The position numbers were made by a program, and so were the translations under genes. From an uncultured Gemmatimonadales bacterium (lineage in GTDB: Bacteria > Gemmatimonadota > Gemmatimonadetes > Gemmatimonadales > Gemmatimonadaceae): a stretch of DNA of 64,000 nucleotides. The stretch covers positions 1 to 64,000 of the forward strand of contig CAWBZV010000004.1 of assembly GCA_963793305.1 (NCBI GenBank), read 5' to 3'. The first letter of the stretch is position 1, and each line of letters begins with the position of its first letter. The notes under the pieces are model-generated. The model saw only the letters and a list, made by a program, of their open reading frames with translations, searched no databases and was not told the origin of the DNA. Positions 44,332-55,200 of this stretch are shown here, in pieces.

Positions 44332-44346
44332 GCGATGCAGGGCCTT
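44313..44346 (-). terminator. Terminator downstream of the intact tRNA-Gln
   Basis: Minus strand AAGGCCCTGCA...CTTAG...TGCGGGGCCTT then TGCTTTT. Confidence 0.65.
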
Positions 44347-44350
44347 CGAG

Positions 44351-44423
44351 TTGCCCCTCCTGGGCTCGAACCAGGACTCTCCTGATCCAGAGTCAGGCGT
44401 GTTGCCAGTTACACCAAGGGGCA
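44351..44423 (-). tRNA. tRNA-Gln (CTG), CCA not encoded
   Basis: TGCCCCT/AGGGGCA acceptor stem, anticodon arm CCTGA-CTCTGGA-TCAGG, T-arm CCTGG-TTCGAGC-CCAGG. Confidence 0.95.
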
Positions 44424-44440
44424 GGGAGAGACCGGGAAAG

Positions 44441-46609
44441 TTATTGGGTCACCCCGGACGACGGTAGAGTGAGGCCGAGGTTGGCGGCCGTGAAGGCGAT
44501 CAGGTCGGCCGTATTCGCGATTCGCTTGTCCGTCGGCAGATAGCCGTGGCTCCCCTCGGTCTCGACGTGGATCAGTACTGGGTGGTCGCAGTGCTGTACT
44601 GACTGCATCGCCGCCGTGAACTTGTAGCTGTGGCTCGGCACGACACGATCGTCGTGGTCGGCCGTCGTCACGAAAGTGGCAGGGTAGCACACGCCCGAGT
44701 GGATGTTCTGCACCGGGGAGTACTTGATCAGATAGCGGAACGCGGTCGAATCGGTGGCCGAGCCGTATTCGCCGGTCCAGGCAGCACCGCCGGTGAAGCG
44801 GTCGTAGCGCAGCATGTCCATGACCCCGACGGCCGGCAATGCGACCGCGTACAAATCAGGGCGCTCCTCCTCGACCGCGCCCACTAACAGGCCGCCGTTC
44901 GAGCCACCCTGAATCACCATCTTCGCGGGAGACGAGTACTTCTCGCGCTCCAAGTACTCGGCCGCCGCGATGAAGTCGTCGAACACGTTCTGCTTCTTCT
45001 CTCGCATGCCAGCGTGATGCCACGCTTCGCCGTACTCGGCGCCGCCGCGTAGGTTGGCCGTGGCGTAGACGCCGCCGAGCTCGAGCCAGAGAGGGATGGT
45101 TGGGCTGAACGTCGGCACGAGGTTGATGTCGAACCCGCCGTAGGCGTAGAGCATCGTCGGGTGCGACCCGTCGAGCTTCAAGCCCTTCTTGGCCGTGATG
45201 AACATCGGCACCTTCGTGCCGTCCTTCGACGTATAGAACACTTCCTGCGTCTGATACTGACTGACGTCGAACGGCAGCGTTGGCGGATCGAACGGGTGCC
45301 GCTCGCCCGTCTTGATGTCGTAGCGGAAGATCGTCTCGGGATACAGTGGTGACGTGAACGAGTACAGCAGTTCAGAGTTATCTTCTCGCGACGACAGGCC
45401 TGCGACCGAACCGAGTCCCGGCAGGGCGATCGAGCCGAGCGGAGCCCCGGTCAAGGACACCATGCGCAGCGTGCTCTTGACGTCGACGAGCTCGAGGAGC
45501 GTAATGCGCCCGCCGCTGACAACGGCGTTCTCGATCTCGTGCGCACCCTCGGGCACGATCGTCCGCCAATGCGACGCGTCCGGATGGGCGACATCGACCG
45601 CGATCACGCGACGCTTGGGAGCGTCCTTGTCCGTCATGACGTACGCGGTGGTGCCGACGACATCCATGGGCGTGTAGAGACCGTCGGCCGCGTCCGTGAT
45701 CGAGACCAAGGGAGCGTCCACCTTCGGATGCATCGGGTCGCCGAGCGAGGCGATCGCGAGCGTGTTGTGCGGCTCGGCGCCAGGACTCGTTAATACGAAC
45801 AGATAGCGCCCATCCTCGCTCACGCCGCCTGAGACGAACCACGTGGGACGCGCGGGCAACGCGAAGATCTTGATGTCTGCTGACTGCGGCGTGCCAACCT
45901 TATGGTAGTAGAGCGTCTGATTCGAGAGCGACGCGCTCAATTTCTCGGCGGCCGAGCGTTCGGGGAACCGAGAGTAGAAGAAGCCGGCGCCGTCGGCGGT
46001 CCACGAGAGACCGGAGAACCGCACCCAGGTCACGGTGTCCGTCAGATCGTGGCCGGTCGCGACCTCGCGAACGTGCACGTCGCGCCAATCCGCGCCGCCC
46101 TCGGAGAGACCGTAGGCGACATAGCGGCCATCAGGCGACGCGGACCACTCGGCCAGCGAGATCGAACCATCGGGCGAGAGCTGGTTCGGATCGATCAGGA
46201 CTGCAGGCGTGCCGGTCGCGCCGTGGCGGACGTAGAGAACGGCCTGGCGTTGCAGGCCGCTGTTCTTCTGGTAGAACCAGACTTGGCCGTGCATCTCGCG
46301 CTGCGGCAGGCTCACCTTGGGATAGTTCCATAGCGCGGTCAGACGCTGCTTGAGCACGTCGCGGCCGGCGATCTTCGAGAGATAGTCGGCGGTGAGCGCG
46401 TTCTCGGACGTGACCCAGCTGTGGATCCCCGGCGCGTTCAGATCTTCCATCCAACGGTACGGCGCCGGCACCGCCGTGCCGAAGAGCGTGTCGACCGTCG
46501 CATCGGTGGAGGCGGACGGATAGGACAAGCTTTGGGCGCCCGCTGCGCTCGCGCCTACGAACGCGGCCGCGATCAGCCTGCGACACGAAGAGCCGACGAT
46601 GAGCCTCAC
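44441..46609 (-). CDS. Prolyl oligopeptidase (S9A)
   Basis: [40 protein letters not shown] before GTG. Confidence 0.95.
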   Translation of the reverse strand: MRLIVGSSCRRLIAAAFVGASAAGAQSLSYPSASTDATVDTLFGTAVPAPYRWMEDLNAPGIHSWVTSENALTADYLSKIAGRDVLKQRLTALWNYPKVSLPQREMHGQVWFYQKNSGLQRQAVLYVRHGATGTPAVLIDPNQLSPDGSISLAEWSASPDGRYVAYGLSEGGADWRDVHVREVATGHDLTDTVTWVRFSGLSWTADGAGFFYSRFPERSAAEKLSASLSNQTLYYHKVGTPQSADIKIFALPARPTWFVSGGVSEDGRYLFVLTSPGAEPHNTLAIASLGDPMHPKVDAPLVSITDAADGLYTPMDVVGTTAYVMTDKDAPKRRVIAVDVAHPDASHWRTIVPEGAHEIENAVVSGGRITLLELVDVKSTLRMVSLTGAPLGSIALPGLGSVAGLSSREDNSELLYSFTSPLYPETIFRYDIKTGERHPFDPPTLPFDVSQYQTQEVFYTSKDGTKVPMFITAKKGLKLDGSHPTMLYAYGGFDINLVPTFSPTIPLWLELGGVYATANLRGGAEYGEAWHHAGMREKKQNVFDDFIAAAEYLEREKYSSPAKMVIQGGSNGGLLVGAVEEERPDLYAVALPAVGVMDMLRYDRFTGGAAWTGEYGSATDSTAFRYLIKYSPVQNIHSGVCYPATFVTTADHDDRVVPSHSYKFTAAMQSVQHCDHPVLIHVETEGSHGYLPTDKRIANTADLIAFTAANLGLTLPSSGVTQ

Positions 46610-46620
46610 GGTATGCCTCC

Positions 46621-47091
46621 TTAGAGCCAGCGCGGCACGCGGTCGCGATACCGCCGATACTCGCGGCCGAATGCCCGCTCGAGATACGCCTCCTCCCGAG
46701 CAATCACACGCCGGCGAACGATACCAAGAACCCCGATGAGCATCAACAACGGCCAGATCGCATTCGCCACCACCGCGACGCCCGCGCTCAGGATCGCCAG
46801 CCCCACATACATGGGGTTCCGTGTCCATCGATACGGCCCACGGACAACGAGCGCTGTCGTCGGCCGGTCCGGCCGGATGCTCGACCCCGAGCGCCGCACC
46901 ATGACGATGGCGCTCGCGCACAGCACGAGCCCGACTGTAATGAGCGCCAACCCAGGGACGAGCCAGAAGCCCGGCGCCGCCTGGCGCGGGAACAGGGGGC
47001 CACCGATCACGGCCTCGATCGCGAACCCAACCGCGAGCCCCCCGAGGTAATACAACGGTGGTGGAACACGAACCCCCGCCGTCTGCTCCAT
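46621..47091 (-). CDS. Isoprenylcysteine carboxylmethyltransferase-family membrane protein
   Basis: GPYRWTRNPMYVG, EEAYLERAFGREYRRY...VPRWL. Confidence 0.9.
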   Translation of the reverse strand: MEQTAGVRVPPPLYYLGGLAVGFAIEAVIGGPLFPRQAAPGFWLVPGLALITVGLVLCASAIVMVRRSGSSIRPDRPTTALVVRGPYRWTRNPMYVGLAILSAGVAVVANAIWPLLMLIGVLGIVRRRVIAREEAYLERAFGREYRRYRDRVPRWL

Positions 47092-47149
47092 GTTAGACGA
47101 AGATAAGCCGCCAGCACGTGACGCGCTGCTACTTTTTGGAGTGCGTTCA

Positions 47150-48374
47150 ATGCAATGGCTCGCCGCGGTGTGTGTGCTGACCGCGTGTCATGATACACCC
47201 GTGGCGTTTGGGACGCACGCGGACTCGCTCTTTACCGCGCTCGCCGAGCGATACACGAATGTCGAGCGCACGCCGCGGTTCGCGGCCGCGCGCACCAAGC
47301 TCATTCACCACGCGCTCTCGCCCTCGCGTGTGTTCGATGATACCACCGTGTGGAATGGCGAGGATCCGCCAGCGGTGCGCGTGCTCATCGTGCACGGCGC
47401 GTTCGAGAGCGGCAAGTATCGACTGTTCGATGATCCCACGGCCGGCGTGCCGACGCACGTGGGCGAGACGCAGCAAGTGATTCGCCTCGAACAAACCGGG
47501 AAAGGCGAATACGAGTGGACGACGCGAGCGGTGGGCGCGGTCGGCTCCATCACCGGCGACGATCTCGCGCGAGTGCTCTCGACCCTCCTCTCCGCCAGCG
47601 CCATTCATACCGACGCGGACTTGCGGGCCGAGTATCGCTTGGCGTTTCCGAAAACAACCGCGGCGCTCGGGCAGCTGTTCTCTCTCGATACGTTGAGAAC
47701 GCAAGCCAATGGCACGATCACGCTCGTGGCCGTCTCGCATCCCGACGCCATGGCTAGCCGCTATCCCGCGTTCGCGAAGTATCTCAAGAAGTACGTCGAA
47801 CCCACGCGATTTCACTCGACGCTGCGCGACAAGAGCGGCGCGACGTGGCTCGATGTGAAATGGAACAATGGCGCGCTGACCATTGCGTGTCGCGGCACGC
47901 GCGATGGACACCTCGCGCCACTGTTCGGCGGGACGGGCGTCATGCCCGATACCCTCCTGCTCGAGACCGACATCTTCACGAAGGTCGCGATCTTCTCCGC
48001 CGGCATCAGCGCGCTCGTGTCGGAACGTCACGATGATCCATGCGCCACACGAGCGCGGATGGGACTTCGAGTTTCGTCGCGAGCCGAAATTTCATATTCC
48101 CCTGGCCATGGGAACATTCATGCGCGGCTCGCTCCGACGGCCCTTCGAGGGACGCGGCTCGGGGATCCAGCTCGTCGTGCACGACAGCGCGGGCGCCCAG
48201 TCGCTCCTCTCGCGCGACGGACACTTCGCCGTCAAAGAGAGCACGGTGATGAAATGGTTCGGCGGATTCGGGAAGGCGGCCGTCGGCGACTTCGCTGGAC
48301 AGTCGGAGGCCGAGGAGAACCGGTTTGACGCCGAGGTGTTTACGGCCCTGCGATTGGACCTGGGCGGGCAGTAA
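47150..48374 (+). CDS. Hypothetical lipoprotein (frameshift near 48025)
   Basis: LTAC lipobox; continuation in a second frame. Confidence 0.6.
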
Positions 48375-48380
48375 AACACA

Positions 48381-48407
48381 AACGCCCCGGTTCTAGAACC
48401 GAGGCGT
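48381..48407 (-). terminator. Terminator downstream of tRNA-Ala
   Basis: Minus strand ACGCCTCGGTTCTAGAACCGGGGCGT then TTGTGTTTT. Confidence 0.65.
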
Positions 48408-48488
48408 CTTATAGAGGCTTGCCACGCGCGCCGTCATTGGAACTCTCCGTCCTACCGAACGGCGGCGGGCAAAATTGTCAAAAACCAG

Positions 48489-48561
48489 TGGAGCTGAGGG
48501 GAGTCGAACCCCTGACCTCTGCAGTGCGATTGCAGCGCTCTCCCAACTGAGCTACAGCCCC
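48489..48561 (-). tRNA. tRNA-Ala (CGC)
   Basis: GGGGCTG...CAGCTCC-A with G3:U70; anticodon arm CTGCA-ATCGCAC-TGCAG. Confidence 0.95.
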
Positions 48562-48699
48562 GAAGCGCGGTGCGCGCCGCAATCAAACGTAGAGACGTGC
48601 CACCTGATGTCAAGGTAACAGCCTTTACAACGTGACGCGAGGTCACCCGCGTCAACAGCCCGATAACTATTCAGTTACGACTGCGTAGCCGAACAACGA

Positions 48700-49098
48700 T
48701 CACGCTGCTCCGTCGGACGGCGAACTGTCGCTATGAGCAATCCGGGAAACCCGGCTCCGATCTTCGACCGTCGTCTCCGTCATGACGCCCGCCTCGCGAC
48801 GCCGCGTCCGTGCGCCAGCGCTCCGCGCGCCGCCACCCTCACGGCCGATCGCCGCCATGTGCTCGCGATCGCGACTCACGGTCTCGCCACCCTTGCGTCC
48901 GGCCACCCGCGCCTCGTCGGCCGTCCACTCGTGAGCCGTGCCTTTCGCATGCGCCGCACGCCCGCCCTTACTGGCGATCTCGCGCTGGCGATCACGATCC
49001 ATCGAGGCGAATCCGCGATTGCTGGTGCCGCTGCGCTTCGCCGATCCGTTTGCACGACCGTTGTCGTGCTCAACCTCGCGACTGCTCTGCTCCGGCAT
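48700..49098 (-). CDS. KGG-repeat stress-induced protein
   Basis: RGFASMDRDRQREIASKGG, AGRKGG, IGREGG. Confidence 0.85.
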   Translation of the reverse strand: MPEQSSREVEHDNGRANGSAKRSGTSNRGFASMDRDRQREIASKGGRAAHAKGTAHEWTADEARVAGRKGGETVSRDREHMAAIGREGGGARSAGARTRRREAGVMTETTVEDRSRVSRIAHSDSSPSDGAA

Positions 49099-49313
49099 TC
49101 AGACCTCCCTCCCGCTTTTCCGTATCCGATTATATACCCACCGCGCTCTGCCGCAAAACAAGTACCATATGCGCCGCGCTCACCATTTTCTAAACTAAGA
49201 TCCCTCACGGCCGTGCTCCCTTCAAGCCCGGCCCCTAAACAACAAGCAACAACCAGGCCCAAGTTCCGAAGTCTAGGCAGGGAAAGGCCTTTCGATACCC
49301 GTATATTTCATAG

Positions 49314-50348
49314 ATGTCACTCTCGTTGCGCTTCTTAGGGACCGCGGCGTCCCGCCCGACCGTCGAGCGCAACGTGTCCTCGATCGCGGTCATTCGGGAA
49401 GGCGAGACCTTCCTGGTTGACTGCGGCGAAGGGACCCAGCGCCAGATGATGCGGTACGGGATCAGTTTCAACGTGCGCGATATCTACTTCACGCACTATC
49501 ACGCCGACCACGTGCTGGGGGTCATTGGCTTGCTTCGGACCTTGCAGCTTCAGGGACGCGAAGAGCCCATCCATCTGTGGGGACCAGAAGGACTTGCGCG
49601 ACTGGTGCAGTTGGCGGGAGCGCTCGGGGGGGAGCGCTGGGGGTTCGCGGTCGAGCATACCGAATTGGCGGCGGGTGCCTCGGTCAAGCGCAATGGCTAC
49701 GAGATCACTTCGTTCCCAATAAGCCATCGCGGGGCGAAGTCGTTCGGCTACGCGCTCGTCGAGGAGACGCGACTCGGACGGTTCAACCCGGATCTCGCGG
49801 TCGCCCTCGGCGTGCCCGAGGGACCCCTGTGGGGGCGGCTGCACCGTGGACAGACCGTGACGCTGGACGACGGACGGACGATCGACGGCTCGACGCTCGT
49901 GGGGCCGACTCGCCCGGGACGGCGCATCGTGATCACGGGGGACACCCGGCCGGCCGAGACGACCGTTATCGCCGCGACCGGCGCCGACCTACTCGTACAC
50001 GAGGCGACGTTCGCCGACGAAGAGGCCAAGCGGGCAGCCGAAACGGGCCATTCCACGGCCCGCGAGGCGGCGACCGTGGCGGCCGCCGCCAAGGTCCGGC
50101 GCCTGATTCTCACCCACTTCTCAGCGCGCTACACCCGCGACCATGCCGACCTGGAACGCGAGGCGCGCGAAGTGTTTCCAGCTACCTGGTGCGCGCGCGA
50201 CGGCTTGGAAGTCGAGGTGCCGTACGCGAACGAGTCAGAGCTGGCTACGCTGACCCAGGCGGAGTACGCGGCCCCCAACCAGCCGGCCGAATCGGCATCG
50301 ACCTCCGGAACAGGCGCCTCAGGGTCGGATCATCCAGGGCATCCATGA
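49314..50348 (+). CDS. rnz: Ribonuclease Z
   Basis: FLGTAASRP, DCGEGTQRQ, THYHADH, GDTRP, HEATF, GHST, LTHFSARY. Confidence 0.95.
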   Translation: MSLSLRFLGTAASRPTVERNVSSIAVIREGETFLVDCGEGTQRQMMRYGISFNVRDIYFTHYHADHVLGVIGLLRTLQLQGREEPIHLWGPEGLARLVQLAGALGGERWGFAVEHTELAAGASVKRNGYEITSFPISHRGAKSFGYALVEETRLGRFNPDLAVALGVPEGPLWGRLHRGQTVTLDDGRTIDGSTLVGPTRPGRRIVITGDTRPAETTVIAATGADLLVHEATFADEEAKRAAETGHSTAREAATVAAAAKVRRLILTHFSARYTRDHADLEREAREVFPATWCARDGLEVEVPYANESELATLTQAEYAAPNQPAESASTSGTGASGSDHPGHP

Positions 50349-50532
50349 CCGTACTGGCGGGCAACCGGGCGGTCACGTTGCGCGCCTCGGGCCCGTGCGA
50401 GAGGAACCACGCGTAGCGATCGAGATGGCTGGAGCCCGGATACCGAAACACGACCATCGCATTGCTCGCGCCGGGTAGTTGGACGGCCACGTCCCAGCTC
50501 GTGCCGTCGCCAGACGTAAAAGTGCGCTTCAC
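50245..50532 (-). CDS. Hypothetical protein
   Basis: Operonic with DUF2203; ends LRRLFRRSMPI. Confidence 0.55.
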   Translation of the reverse strand: MKRTFTSGDGTSWDVAVQLPGASNAMVVFRYPGSSHLDRYAWFLSHGPEARNVTARLPASTVMDALDDPTLRRLFRRSMPIRPAGWGPRTPPGSA

Positions 50533-50943
50533 TTAGGCCACAAGCTCCTCGAGGGGACGCCGCCCCACAAAGCCGGCGTCGATCTCGTGCCAGAATTGAA
50601 CGCTGGGCTCCCCGAGCCGCCAGCACAGATACACTGGCCGCCCATCCCGCTCGGCCGGAAAATCCACCAGTCCCGTCTCGTAATCTTTGAGCTCGACCCC
50701 GAGTGCGGCGAGCTCGCGGACGAACCGATCGACTTCGGCGGCGATCGCCCCCGCTTCGCGCTCGAGCTCCGCCGCGCGCGGGTCGGGCGCATGGCTCGTC
50801 ACCGAGGCCGTCACCAGCTCGAACTCGCGAATGCGCTCGCGCCAACGGCCAACCGACACCACGATGTCCTCGACGATCCGGCGCACGAGCGGCAGCATCT
50901 GCGTCGCTTGCGCTGGCGTGAAGAGCTTCGCTTCGACGGGCAT
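50533..50943 (-). CDS. DUF2203 family protein
   Basis: FTPAQATQMLPLV, GLVDFP...VYLCWRLGE...WHEIDAGFVGRRPL. Confidence 0.85.
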   Translation of the reverse strand: MPVEAKLFTPAQATQMLPLVRRIVEDIVVSVGRWRERIREFELVTASVTSHAPDPRAAELEREAGAIAAEVDRFVRELAALGVELKDYETGLVDFPAERDGRPVYLCWRLGEPSVQFWHEIDAGFVGRRPLEELVA

Positions 50944-50974
50944 AATCGAATCGTGCGGTTCGTCAGCCGGACGG

Positions 50975-51481
50975 TCAAGACCGACGGCCGTTCGACTCCG
51001 CCTCGCGCTCCTCCAGCCGGCGACGGCGGCGGTCCTGCGCCGCGGCATACCGGCGCAACTCATCCGGCGTCTCCGGAACGAGACGCGGGACTTCGACCGG
51101 GCGACCGTTTCGATCCACCGCGACCATCGTGAGATAGCACGAGTTCGTGTGCCGGCGGCGGCCCGAGATCAGATCCTCGGCCTCGACCCGCACGCCGACT
51201 TCCATAGAGGTCCGGCCGACGTAGTTCACGCTCGCCTTCATGATCACGAGATCGCCGACGTGGATCGGCTCGCGGAAGTCGACGCGGTCGACCGACGCCG
51301 TGACACAGGGCATCCGCGCGTGGCGGAACGCCGCGATGCCGGCGGCCGTGTCCATCATCGCCAGAACGACGCCTCCGAACACGTGGCCCAGGACATTCGC
51401 GTCCTGGGGCATCATGAGACGCGACGTCTCGCCTTGCGATTCTCTCACGGGCTTTGCCGCCAGGCCGGGGTCAATGCTCAC
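50975..51481 (-). CDS. Acyl-CoA thioesterase (hotdog fold)
   Basis: PQDANVLGHVFGG, VTASVDRVDF, VGRTSMEVGV. Confidence 0.9.
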   Translation of the reverse strand: MSIDPGLAAKPVRESQGETSRLMMPQDANVLGHVFGGVVLAMMDTAAGIAAFRHARMPCVTASVDRVDFREPIHVGDLVIMKASVNYVGRTSMEVGVRVEAEDLISGRRRHTNSCYLTMVAVDRNGRPVEVPRLVPETPDELRRYAAAQDRRRRRLEEREAESNGRRS

Positions 51482-52787
51482 GATGGGCCGGCTTGGCCGG
51501 TTTGCCCGGCGTGAACCGACGCGACCGCGGTGCAACGCGACTCGGGGGGACAACGCGCCGGAAACCACGCGGCGGCCGCTCAATAACCGCCGCGAAGCGA
51601 GCGGCGCTGTGCTCATGTGGGCGCCCATCGAACCGCACGCTCCGAGCGTCGTCCGAGTAGAGCGCCGATTCGTCGAAGGCGCGCACCAAGGCCCGACGGG
51701 TGTCGGCGTCGGCCGACGTGTCGAGCCAGAAAACCCGATGGGCCGGCGACGGCACACGCGCCACAGGCCACTCGTGCCGCGTGCTGTCGCGGAGCGCGAG
51801 CTGCACGTCGTCCTCGTTCGTGTCGTACCGGGCGACGATGTCGATCTTGCCATGCCGCCACACGACCGCCGTCGAATCGGCATTTGGCAGCGTTGGTCGG
51901 ACTTCGCGCCACCATGCCGGCAGCGGTCCCGCCACCGGAATGGACCCGAGCGAGAGATACCGCCCGCTCCCCGTCGCCCCATGCCCGGGCACGATGAACG
52001 TCACCCCGAGCGCGCGATCACGATCGCCGAGCGTAAAGCTCAACGGATCAAACAAGAACGCCCCGCCAGTGAGCGCCCTCGACCCACGCCGCTCGGACTC
52101 GTCACCGGCCTCTCCAATCGAGCGCGCCGAATCCTTCATCGCGGCAAACCGCCGCTCGCCGGCCGCGAGCATCCGTTCTGCGCCGGGGACGCCGAGCACC
52201 GAGCGGAGCGTCGCCGCGCTCTTTGACACGCCAACAGAGCGGAGGTCGAGCACCCCGTGCCGAACGGTCTCACCGGTCCCCGCCTCGCCTTTCAGCGCCC
52301 CATGGTACTGAAATGAAAGGAATGGCCCGTGGAGGTCGAGCACGTCGACCTCGCCAGTCACGGTACTGGCCGGATCGTCGGCCGCGTCCTCGTCCGGCTC
52401 GAGCGGCGAGTCGTCGGGATGCCGCACCGCATACCGGGCGGCGGCCCGACCGACCGTGGTATCCTCGAACACGGCCACGGAGTCGCCTTTGATGAGATCC
52501 CGCCGATAGATCCGTTGTCCGACAAACACGGCATTGGAGTACGACCGGTCGTCGTCCGCGACATAGATCTCATAGAACCGCCCGCCATACCGCGCGAGCG
52601 TCAACGGCGCGCCGCGCACGTGCACGCCATCCCGCCCCGTCTTGACCCAAAACGTCGAGTCGCCCGCGCCGAGCAAAAACTCGGCCGCCGGCGGGGTGAT
52701 CGCTTTTCGGCGCACGACACGTGTCGCCGAGTGCGCACTGCACCCGACGATCAATCCCAACGTTCCCACGGTCAGTACGTGACGCAT
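51471..52787 (-). CDS. Hypothetical lipoprotein
   Basis: IVGC lipobox-like N-terminus; long ORF. Confidence 0.6.
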   Translation of the reverse strand: MRHVLTVGTLGLIVGCSAHSATRVVRRKAITPPAAEFLLGAGDSTFWVKTGRDGVHVRGAPLTLARYGGRFYEIYVADDDRSYSNAVFVGQRIYRRDLIKGDSVAVFEDTTVGRAAARYAVRHPDDSPLEPDEDAADDPASTVTGEVDVLDLHGPFLSFQYHGALKGEAGTGETVRHGVLDLRSVGVSKSAATLRSVLGVPGAERMLAAGERRFAAMKDSARSIGEAGDESERRGSRALTGGAFLFDPLSFTLGDRDRALGVTFIVPGHGATGSGRYLSLGSIPVAGPLPAWWREVRPTLPNADSTAVVWRHGKIDIVARYDTNEDDVQLALRDSTRHEWPVARVPSPAHRVFWLDTSADADTRRALVRAFDESALYSDDARSVRFDGRPHEHSAARFAAVIERPPRGFRRVVPPSRVAPRSRRFTPGKPAKPAHREH

Positions 52788-52826
52788 CGCCGAAAGATAC
52801 AGTCCTAGGAGATATTACACGACGCA

Positions 52827-53947
52827 TGATGATGACACGCGCCCTTCCACTTCTGTTGGCCTGCACGCTCACCGCTGCAGCGCAAACTCCCAACCCCCCA
52901 GTGGTCCGGGGGATCTACGTCAACCGGTTCGCGGCCCAAAGCCCGCGCAAAATGCGATCGTTGATCGCACTGGCTGACTCGACCGAGATCAACGGCTTCG
53001 TCATTGATATTAAGGACGAGTTCGGGATCAACTATGCATCGACGGATACGTTGGTCCGGCGCAACGCGGGTCGCGCCGGCGTAATCCCCGAACTCGCACA
53101 GCTGATCGACACGCTCAAGGCACATCACATCGTGCCGATCGCACGGATCGTAGTATTCAAAGATTCGGTCACGGCGCGGTTGAACCCCAGTTGGCGCATT
53201 CTCAAGTCCGACGGCACGTCGTGGCACGACAAGAAGGGGATGACATGGGTCAATCCCTATAATCACGACTTGTGGGAATACGACCTCCGTGTCGCCGACG
53301 AAGCCGCGGCGGCCGGATTCGAGGAAGTGCAGTTCGACTACATTCGCTTTCCCGAGCCGTACAAGAGCCTGCCGACGCAGGTGTTCCCTGGCGCGGGTGA
53401 TCGCGCGAAACCCGTCGTGCTCGCCGAGTTCTTGAGCGCTGCTCGGGCGCGCCTCGCGAAGAAGGGCGTCCGTACGACCGCCGACATCTTTGGTCTCGTC
53501 ACGAGCGTGCCCGGCGCCCTCGAAGTCGGACAACAGTGGGAAGATCTCGCGCAGTCAGCCAACGTCATCCTGCCAATGGTCTATCCGTCGCATTACCCGC
53601 ACGGGTCGTTTGGCCTCGACCGTCCGAACGCCGAGCCGTACAAGACCATCTTCGCGGCCATCTCCGCGGCGCATAAGCGCGATGAGAAACTCGGCCTCAC
53701 CGGCGATCACGTTCGCCCGTGGCTTCAAGCGTTCACGCTCGGCAGCCCCGCATACGGCGCGGCCGAGCTTCGGGAGCAGAAGAAGGCCGTGTATGACGCG
53801 GGGTATCAGGGTTGGGTACTATGGAACCCTGGGTCGCGCTATGACGCGGTGGCCGCCGGACTGGATAAGAAGCCAGCGCAGCCGAGTGGCGGCCAATCGC
53901 TCGCGGCTAAGAAATCTCCTGTCCCGACCACTGCTCGACAACCTTAG
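52827..53947 (+). CDS. Putative glycoside hydrolase (DUF4015)
   Basis: VRGIYV, VIDIKD, IARIVVFKD, QFDYIRFP, PMVYPSHY, RPWLQAF. Confidence 0.85.
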
Positions 53948-54785
53948 CCATCTCAGCGTGATCGGCCTCAGCTCCTAAGAGGTTGTGCGCGATTCGTAGG
54001 AGCTCGGCTGTGAGTTGGAGTACTGGCGCTGGAGTGCGTTGATCGCGGATAAACTGCGCCGCGATCCCCACATCCTTGTCGAGCAACGCCAGCCGAAACG
54101 TCCGCGGAAACTTCCGCGTGACCACGCGCTGTGGGATCAAGTTCATTGACGCATTCGACCGGCCGCTCGATGCGTTGATCACGTCGAGCGCCACCGTCGG
54201 CGACACACCCGCGCTCTTGAGCGCCGCCAGGCCCTCGGCCGCCGACCAGAGATGCACGGCGAGCAGCGCGTTGTTCACGGCTTTGACCGCATCGCCACTG
54301 CCGATCGGTCCGCAAAGCACGATCTTCTGACCGACCGCGTCGAGCACCCCTCGCACCCGCTCGAGCACGCGCCCGTCACCGCCAACCATGATGGTGAGCG
54401 TGCCCGCCTCTGCCCCCGCGACGCCCCCACTCACCGGAGCATCGAGATACGACACGCCGACCGTGGCAAGCCGCGCCGCTATCCGGCGACTGCCCGCCGG
54501 GTCGCCCGACGTGAAATCCACCCACACGGCACCCTTCTGGAGCGCCGGCAGTGCTTGGTCGAGCAGTCCCTCGACATCGGGCGATGTCGGCAGGCACGAC
54601 GAGACGATCTCGGCGCCGCGGACCGCGTCGGCGACGGTCTGTGCGGCGGTGACGTCGTGCTCGGCCGCGAAAGTCGCGGCTTTGGCGGCCGTGCGGTTCC
54701 ATACCGTGAGCTCGCACGTGCGCGCGAGCCGCGCGGCCATCGGCGTACCAATGTCGCCAAGGCCGAGAAAAGCGAGACGGGGCAT
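53907..54785 (-). CDS. NAD(P)-dependent beta-hydroxyacid dehydrogenase (3-hydroxyisobutyrate dehydrogenase family)
   Basis: GLGDIG, LDAPVSGG, KAVNN, LLDKD. Confidence 0.9.
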   Translation of the reverse strand: MPRLAFLGLGDIGTPMAARLARTCELTVWNRTAAKAATFAAEHDVTAAQTVADAVRGAEIVSSCLPTSPDVEGLLDQALPALQKGAVWVDFTSGDPAGSRRIAARLATVGVSYLDAPVSGGVAGAEAGTLTIMVGGDGRVLERVRGVLDAVGQKIVLCGPIGSGDAVKAVNNALLAVHLWSAAEGLAALKSAGVSPTVALDVINASSGRSNASMNLIPQRVVTRKFPRTFRLALLDKDVGIAAQFIRDQRTPAPVLQLTAELLRIAHNLLGAEADHAEMAKVVEQWSGQEIS

Positions 54786-54824
54786 GTGGCGGAAATTAAC
54801 CGGGCATGCGTAAACTCAAGGGCT

Positions 54825-55200
54825 ATGGCGCCCCTGGATCCATGTCCGAGCTCGCCGAACTGCGTGTCGACCCAAGCTTCGGTGGACGATCGCCAGCATC
54901 ACATGCCGGCGATCCCGTTCACGATTCCGACCCAGGCGGTGGTGCACGCGATCATGGACGTGATCGCCGAGTATCCGCGGACCCGCATCGTGTCGCGGGA
55001 CACGCACTACGTGCACGCCGAGTTCAAGAGCCGGCTGTTCCGGTTCGTCGACGACGTTCGAGCTCGTGGTCGACCCCGTCGCGCACCTCGTCCACTTTCG
55101 CTCGGCGTCCCGCGTCGGGCATAGCGACTTGGGCGTCAATCGTCGGCGGATGGAGGAGCTGAGCCGAACCCTCCACGCGAGAATCGCACCCCGTGGTTAG
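54825..55200 (+). CDS. DUF1499 protein (frameshift near 55058)
   Basis: CPSSPNCVS, FRFVDDV, RSASRVGHSDLGVNRRR. Confidence 0.85.

Larger units (their letters stand above)
42013..44350. mobile_element. Island A (~2.3 kb), tRNA-proximal
   Basis: Between the intact tRNA and copy 4; matching arm repeats at both ends; integrase fragment. Confidence 0.8.

Noticed and set aside
22471..44423. 42-bp repeats as a CRISPR array
   Set aside because: Spacing is kilobases and irregular, the repeats are tRNA 3' halves, and no cas genes are present.
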